A DNA stretch of 25,106 bases. Source: Chiloscyllium plagiosum (taxonomy: Eukaryota). Below, piece after piece: positions 18,798-25,106 of the stretch. The notes below the pieces were generated by a model. That model was not told the origin of the DNA. It was given only the letters and a program-made list of their open reading frames with translations, and searched no databases. The first letter of the stretch is position 1, and each line of letters begins with the position of its first letter. Made by a program: the position numbers and the translations under genes. The DNA lies in the NCBI RefSeq assembly GCF_004010195.1, contig NC_057720.1:12636846-12661951 (forward strand), given 5' to 3'.

Positions 18798-19204
18798 TTG
18801 TTCCTCTGTCCAATGATACTTCATATGTCCTATGTCAGTCACTAGCACAACCTGCGACTCATTGAGAACAAAATCTGTGGAGATCCCCTATTTATGGATT
18901 CTTTTCTGGTACCTTTTTAATAAAGTGCACAGAAATAGATCTAAACTAAAGATTTGTTTTTTTATTTATATATTGCCTTTCATAAGCACCAGATGTTTCA
19001 AAGCACTTTACAGCCAAATTACTTAATGTTTTTAAACTTAAATGAAAGTCATATAATTTATTGCTAAGTTAGTATGATGTTTAGCATTTGTATTTTAAAT
19101 TAGTGGTACTTTTATGAAGGGTTTAAAGAAATAGGTCAGATGGTCCATCCAGAGCAGTGACACTATATACAGCCCGAATTCAGGCAACCACATAGAAGGA
19201 GCAC

Positions 19205-19286
19205 GTTGCTGCAGGTGCTGGAATCTCTACTGAAAAGAAAAATGCTGAAAATCACAGCCGGTCAGGCAGCATCTGTGGAAAGAGAG
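19205..19286 (-). mobile_element. Penelope pLTR fragment
   Basis: CTGCAGGTGCTGGAATCT...AATGCTGAAAATCACAGCCGGTCAGGCAGCATCTGTGGA; same layout as 15300-15380. Confidence 0.65.
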
Positions 19287-19599
19287 TGCTGAAGTGTTTT
19301 ACAATGAGGCGGGGGGATTAAATATTGAATGTCTTTAGCTTTTCTTTAGTTCAGAAAAATCAAGGATTGGTTTTTGTTCAGAGAAACTCAGAGGCTGAAT
19401 ATTTTTAGGGCATTTTGCAGGAAATGGACTTCTGTTGTTAAAAAAACTCTGCAACTCTGCATGGCCACCACATTAAACAAAATAAAAACAAACCATATGA
19501 TTTGTCAAACCAGGTTACCTTCTGGAATTTGAATTGTCCAGTATTTCCATCAGCTGGGATCATTACAGTATTCATCGTTGCAATGTAGGAAGTGAGAGA

Positions 19600-19795
19600 T
19601 TCAATATCTGCACCCAAGTAGTTAAATGGGGTTTTGATTTAATATCACATCCAAAAAGGTTGACCTTCAGTAGTGTAGCACTCTCTCTGTGATGCACTGA
19701 AGTGTGAACCTTGGTGTTTGCCTCCAGTCCTGGAGTCGAACTTGAATCCAGAACTTTCTGACTTGAAAACAAGAGAGCTGTACCAATTGAACCTT
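19600..19795 (-). mobile_element. DeuSINE-like (SacSINE1-type) SINE fragment
   Basis: Reverse complement has a tRNA-like head (GGTTCAATTGGTA...GGATTCAAGT), CAGTGCA..ACAGAGAGAGTGCTACACT and TTTGGATGTGATATTAAATC resembling the Deu domain. Confidence 0.6.
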
Positions 19796-20294
19796 GGCCA
19801 ACATACGCCAGAATCAATTCCACTTACCAGCTACCTTGTTTACTTTTCCAGGATTGCTGCGGGAATTGCTTCGCAGCCTCACTTTTCCAGGAAGGTTTTG
19901 GCTTTGTAAATATTCAACCGTTTGTGTCAGTTCTCTGCTGGGTCTGAGTTATGAATGCTATTATCAAAAGCATTCTTAGGAGGCTGTTGAAGTCAGTGAA
20001 GACTTCTATGTTAGTTTTGATCCCAGGTCTGTGAGTCCAGACAAACATTTCAGTCTGAGCTTCTCAACTCTCTGTTTGGTAAAACAACTCAACTGTCAAC
20101 TCCCTGTGTTCACTTACCTGAAGAGTCATTCTTGAAACTTCACTTCCATTTATCAACAGGCGGTTCTCCAGTGTTTTAGCACAGTGCTCACTCTCTGCGG
20201 ACGAATTGTCCTCTCTGACTCCCTGTAGAGGCCGTGGCATCACCCTGGAGAATGGCATGGGGGCACTCCAAGGTAAAATCAGCAAGTCTTTGGG

Positions 20295-20420
20295 CTTCTC
20301 TCTCACCAGAGAGAGAGAGGGGGGCAATTGATGATGGTTTCATCTAAGGGTCACCATACCTCGGGCAATGGGACAGGTTGAGAAGGAAAGCCCTTCAGAG
20401 CCTTTACAGGGATTGAACCT
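20295..20420 (-). mobile_element. SINE family C fragment
   Basis: Inverted homologue of 22130-22255 (GGTCACCA..CCTC.GGC.A...GGTTGAGAAGGA). Confidence 0.6.
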
Positions 20421-20424
20421 ACCT

Positions 20425-20558
20425 TAAAAACTGAAAGAACTGTGGATGCTGGAAATATGAAACAAAAACGGAAGTTACAGCAAAAGCTCAGCAGGTCAAG
20501 CAGCATCTGTGAAGAGAAATCAGAGTTAATGTTTTGGGTCCAGTTGTCCTTCCTCAGA
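20425..20558 (-). mobile_element. Penelope pLTR fragment (decayed hammerhead)
   Basis: CTGTGGATGCTGGAAAT...CTCAGCAGGTCAAGCAGCATCTGTG...TGTTTTGGGTCCAGTTGTCCTTCCTCAG. Confidence 0.7.
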
Positions 20559-20604
20559 GGGGAGTCAATGGCTAGTGTTAAAAAAAAACGGATGTTTCAA
20601 TAAC

Positions 20605-20768
20605 CAAGGAGCATGAGAATTGATGTTTCAGGCATAAGCTCATCAGGAAGGGCTTATGCCTGAAACGTTGACCCTCCTGCTCCTCGGATGCTGCCTGACC
20701 TGCTGTGTTTTTCTAACACCACACTCTTCGACTCTGATCTCCAGCATCTGCAGTCCTCACTTTCTCCT
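20605..20768 (+). mobile_element. Asymmetric fold-back Penelope mini-element with 15-bp TSD
   Basis: GGATGTTTCAATAAC at 20590-20604 and 20769-20783; short inverted left arm. Confidence 0.9.
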
Positions 20769-20855
20769 GGATGTTTCAATAACACCTTACATATAAAATC
20801 AACTGCCTTTCATTACCTACAGAAAATAATGTTACAATGACAAAAATTTAAAAAA

Positions 20856-21182
20856 GGTAAGGTGATTGCCTAGTGATATTTTTGCTGGACTATTAATCGA
20901 GAGACCCAGAAAATGTTCTGGGGAACTGGGCTCGAATCCCACCACTGCAGATGGTGGAATCTGAACTCAGTAAAATCTGGAATTAAGAGTCTAATGATGA
21001 CCATGAATCTGTTGTCGATTGTTGGAAAAACCCACCTGGTTCACTAATGCCCTGAGGGAAGGAATCTGCCATCTTTCCCTGGTCTGGCCTACATGTGACT
21101 CCAGACCCACAGCAATGTGGTTGGGTCTTAACTGCCCTCTGGGCAGTTAGGGAGAGGTAATAAATTCTGTGTGACATCCATG
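20856..21182 (+). mobile_element. tRNA-derived SINE family B, full length
   Basis: A-box-like TTGCCTAGTGA, B box GGCTCGAATCCC, tail GGGCAGTTAGGGAGAGGTAATAAAT similar to the CR1 family A tail at 3376-3400. Confidence 0.85.
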
Positions 21183-22064
21183 CTGCAGTCAGTCACAAAT
21201 CAATTTCACAAGAATCTTGAATCAGCAACAACTTGCATTTACATAGTGCCTTTGATATAGTAATACAAGGTGCTTCACACAACAACATTAGGCCCTCAAT
21301 TTCCTTCTCAGCGACTCAATGCCAGTGGAAGCTATGAACCCTGAACACCTGCAGACAGTCTGCTCCGATTGCTGTTTGTCAGAACCAAGTCTGGAGGGAT
21401 GAGTAAATTCCTTCTCTTACTAACCTTGAGGTTAGTGTCCGACAGACTGATTCTTAATAAAGTACACTTTTCAATTCAATGTGCACTTGATGACATGTGG
21501 AACAGTGAAGAATTAAGCCAGCCAAATCTCTTCGGATGATCAAGACTATTAAGGCGTTGGCTTATTTAAACTCATGTAAGTGAGCTGTCAAGGAAATGCA
21601 GTTCAGCTAAATATAGCCATCTCCTTATTGTTAGTAAATGTTTCTGATGTTTCTGATGTTACTCCCTTCTGTAGATAAAAAAAACCCAGGTGGAGTTCAA
21701 GTCTCACCTGCTCCTGAGGTGTTTAGTAACTTCTCCGAACAGGTTGATCAGAAAATGTCTATATTTAGGGCATTTCACAGGAGTATGTTTCGATGTGAGA
21801 TTCTTGCTGTGGGTCAACCCATTATTAATATAAAGTTTTGATGGGCCATTGTCAGAGCTCTTGTATTTAATTTTTTTTTGGCAATGCTTATCATTGACAT
21901 GTCTCATCCCCTAGAAGCATATAATGGTCTCATTGTGAGCTATTTGTTCCAGATGATAAATTTGTAGGGTTTGGGCACTGATTCTTGGGTAGCATTTTCA
22001 CGCCTCGGCAATATTATTTACACATGCCTAAGGAGTTCTTGCAATGCTGTGGTCCCAATTCTGT

Positions 22065-22291
22065 GACCTATGTTCAGTTGATTATCTAAGTTGGCTGGTT
22101 TATAATGCCACTTGATGCCAACAGGGTGGGCTCAATTCCCATGCTGGTTGAGGTTACCACACAGGATTCTCCTTCTCAAACTTTCACCTCGCCTGAGACG
22201 TGGTGACCACAGGTCAAACTACCACCAGTTGTCTCTGTCTCTCTAATGAGAGAGCAGCCCTATGGTTGAGTTGGACTCTGGTTACTTTACT
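22065..22291 (+). mobile_element. tRNA-derived SINE family C
   Basis: B-box-like GGGCTCAATTCCC (22128-22140); second copy at 20295-20420; ends GGACTCTGGTTACTTTACT. Confidence 0.55.
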
Positions 22292-22494
22292 CCAGTGATT
22301 TGTCACAGCAAGTCTGACAGAATGATCAAACATATCGATTTAGACATTTCTTTGTAAACTCCTGCTGAGTTTAGCATATTTCAGGTCAGCTGACTTTGGT
22401 AGTCATTTTTAAGTGTCTCAGCTCATTTTTAACTATTTTCTCTCAAACCAAGGCTTAGACGTTCAAGATTGACAGGCTGTATGTTCCCACATCA

Positions 22495-22625
22495 TTACCA
22501 ACAGGAGTTTTTAATTTCAGATTTATTTCCTAAATTGAAGCTCTCCAGTTGCTGTGATGTAATTGAAAATTTACGCTCCAGATCATTATTCCCAACCTCT
22601 GGTTTAACTGATCTATTAGTATACC
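22495..22625 (-). mobile_element. Degraded SINE family B 5' fragment
   Basis: TTTTAATTTCAGATTTATT...AATTGAA...CCAGTTGCTGTGATG.AATTGAA is the decayed reverse complement of 20930-20990. Confidence 0.45.
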
Positions 22626-22861
22626 CCTTACTCTAGAGAGAGCTCCTTTTTATGTACAGATAATTCTAGAATATATGTTGATCCTGGCTGGACAAGTATC
22701 CCATTCTTCTTCAATGTGCCAGAATAAAAAGTTTCATATTGACCATAATTTGCCTTCAAATGAAGCTCAAGTTTATCTTGTGTGTAGCACAATCTTTGTT
22801 CAGTTCTTCCGGGTAGGATGACCATTTTCTCTTTTGGTTTCTTCTGCAGTTGACAAATTGG

Positions 22862-23768
22862 TGTTGTGTCCACTATTGTTTGCCATTTACCTAAATAATT
22901 CAAATGAGAACATGGAAGGCATGATTAGTAAGTTTGCGGATGACACCAAGATTGGTGACATAGTGAAGAAGGTTATCTAAGATTACAAAGTGAACTTGGC
23001 TAATTGGGTCAATGGGCTGAGGAGTGGGAGATGCAGTTTAATTTGGAAAATGCAAGGTATTGCATTTTAGTAATATAAACTAGGGTAAAACTTATAAAAT
23101 TAAAAGAATCACATGTAGACGGGATGGTTAAGAAGGCGTTTAGAATGTTTGCCTTCATTGCTTAGACCTTTGAGTCTAGGATATCATGTTGAGGTTGTAC
23201 AGGACATTTGTGAAGCCTCTTCTGGAATACTGTGTCTATTTCTGGTCGCCCTGTTATAAGACAGATGTTATTAATCTGGAGAGGGTTCAGAAAAGATTTA
23301 CCAGGATGTTGCCGGGAAAGGAAGGTTTGATATATAAGGAGAGGCTAGAACATTTTTCAATGGAGCATAGGAGATTGAGGAGTGACCTTATAGAGGTTTA
23401 TAAAATCATGAGGGGTTTAGATAGGGTGAATGGTAGATATCTTTCCTTAAAGTGGGGGATTTCAAGACTAAGGGGTATATTTTTAAGGTGAGAGGAGAAA
23501 GATTTAAACATAGACATGAGGGTCAACTTTTTTACACAGAAAATGGTTCGTATGTGGATTGAATGACCAGAGGAAGTGGTGGATGCAGGTACAGTTACAG
23601 TAATTAAAAGCCTTTTGCACAAGTACATGAAGAAGAGAAGTTTGGAGGGATGTGGGCCAAGCACAAGCAAGTGGAACTAGTTTAGTTTGGGATTATGGTT
23701 GTCGTGGACTGGTTGGACCGAAGGGTCTGTTTCTGCGCTGTGTGATTCTAGGACTCTATAATGCTATG
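22862..23768 (+). mobile_element. 5'-truncated CR1 LINE (HER1-related)
   Basis: PLLFAIY.N, SKFADDTKIG, LYRTFVKPLLEYCVYFWSP, RRLRSDLIEVYKI; tail GGGTCTGTTTCTGCGCTGTGTGATTCTA. Confidence 0.9.
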
Positions 23769-23969
23769 TGACCATCAGGTCTAGCAACATAACCAAGCGC
23801 ATTTGACTTTTATCAAACTATTTCTAATCATAGCTCTTAGATCACAAAAACAATTTGGCCCATTCTTCTTGAGCCTGTGCTTGCTCTTCAAATGGAGATT
23901 ATATTATATTCCAAACTCTCTGCCTTTTTAAAAAAATTCTTACATGCATTGTGAGTGTCTCTGGCAGAG

Positions 23970-24361
23970 TGTAGCCCATCCCTAATTGCCCTGCAACTGA
24001 GTGGTTTGCTGGGCCATTTCATTGTGGATCTGAAGTCACATGCTCGTCAAGCTAGGACTCTGAACCAAACACTGAAGAATGGTTGGAGAAACACAGCAGG
24101 TCTGGCAGCATCTGTGGAGATGGAAACAGAGTTAACAAACTGAGTCCAGTTGGACCCTCCTTCTAACCCCAGCAGACTTCCTTCCCTAAAAGGATTAGTG
24201 AACCAGATGGTTGTTTACACCAATCAACAATGGTCACCATTGGACTAGCTTGTGCGTCAATTCCACGTTTTATTTCATGAGTTTCAAATTTTACCATCTG
24301 CCCTGTTGGGATCTGAAACCAAGCCCCCAGGCTATGAGCTTGGGTGTCAGGATAGCCAGTC
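23970..24361 (-). mobile_element. SINE family B interrupted by a Penelope pLTR fragment (about 24058-24165)
   Basis: GCCCATCCCTAATTGCCC (tail), GCAGACTTCCTTCCCTAAAAGGATTAGTGAACCAGATGG, ACCATCTGCC are reverse complements of 20856-21182; insert CACAGCAGGTCTGGCAGCATCTGTGGAG. Confidence 0.75.
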
Positions 24362-24372
24362 TTCCTATTGAA

Positions 24373-24542
24373 GAGAAAGTGAGGTCTGCAGATGCTGGAG
24401 ATCAGAGCTGAAAATGTGTTGCTGGAAAAGCGCAGCAGGTCAGGTAGCATCCAGGGAACAGGAGAATGCCCGAAACGTCGATTCTCCTGTTCCCTTGATG
24501 CTGCCTGATCTGCTGCGCTTTTCCAGCAACACGTTTTCAGTT
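24373..24542 (-). mobile_element. Fold-back Penelope mini-element with TSD, centre deleted
   Basis: Arms 24408-24467 / 24481-24540; TTCCTATTGAA at 24362-24372 and 24543-24553; only GCCCGAAACGTC of the hammerhead remains. Confidence 0.9.
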
Positions 24543-24557
24543 TTCCTATTGAACCCT

Positions 24558-25106
24558 TCACTTTGGGAAGAATAACAAAAAGATGGGGTACTGGGCTAAT
24601 GGTCGGATACTTGGTAGTGTGGATGAGCAGAGGGATCTTGGTGTCCATGTACACAGATCTCTGAAAGTTGCCACCCAGGTAAATAGTGCGGTGAGGAAGG
24701 CATATGGCGTACTGGCTTTTATTGGTAGAGGAATTGAGTTCCGGAGTCCTGAGGTCATGATGCAGTTGTATAAGACTCTGGTACGGCCGCATCTGGAATA
24801 TTGTGTGCAGTTTTGGTCGCCATACTATAGGAAGGATGTGGAGGCATTGGAACGGGTGCAGAGGAGGTTTACCAGGATGTTGCCTGGTATGGAAGGAAAA
24901 TCGTATGAGGAAAGACTGAGGCACTTGGGGCTGCTTTCACTAGAGAAAAGAAGGTTTAGGGGTGACTTGATTGAGGTGTACAAGATGATTAGGGGGCTAG
25001 ATAGGGTTGACAGTGTGAACCTTTTCCCGCGTATGGAGGCGGGTATTACAAGGGGGCATAGCTTTAAAGTAAGGGGGGTAGATATAGGACTGAAGTTACG
25101 GGTAGG
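24558..25106 (+). mobile_element. Young 5'-truncated CR1 LINE, running off the window
   Basis: Open frame HFGKNN...QRDLGVHV...LYKTLVRPHLEYCVQFWSPYYRKD...RRFRGDLIEVYKMIRG...TRGHSFK; apparent 1-nt loss in the G-run near 25072. Confidence 0.95.

Noticed and set aside
18955..21285. Short L2/DeuSINE-tail-like matches at about 18955-19017 and 21222-21283
   Set aside because: Only about 60 bp and degraded; family cannot be assigned without alignment.
24163..24924. 253-aa minus-strand ORF
   Set aside because: Antisense shadow of a CR1 frame running across a Penelope palindrome and a SINE; a chimera of unrelated repeats.

Overview
Eukaryotic, repeat-dominated non-coding DNA. The repeat inventory (HE1-like V-SINEs with HER1-like CR1 LINEs, DeuSINE-like element, Rex1/Babar, L2, Penelope-like pseudo-LTRs, a Gypsy LTR family) points to a cartilaginous fish, probably a shark; this is inference from family recognition, with no search run. 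No host protein-coding gene can be supported, and the recognisable ORFs in the track are retrotransposon debris. Three things stand out. (1) A Gypsy LTR at 4816-6519 is expanded from about 235 bp to about 1.7 kb by a stack of poly(A)-tailed, stem-loop-terminated modules, each joined at the same LTR motif AAACAGGAGT. Two other copies of this LTR begin exactly at that motif, and the only intact copy has the motif mutated, which suggests a sequence-specific non-LTR element parasitising an LTR retrotransposon. (2) Many small, TSD-flanked Penelope-derived elements, mostly fold-back, carry minimal hammerhead-ribozyme cores, five of them intact. (3) A deleted Gypsy provirus (8250-13304) hosts a near-full-length CR1, which itself hosts another CR1 and two Penelope mini-elements. 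There is one assembly gap (10673-10850). Element boundaries were read by eye and are approximate unless a TSD or terminus is quoted.
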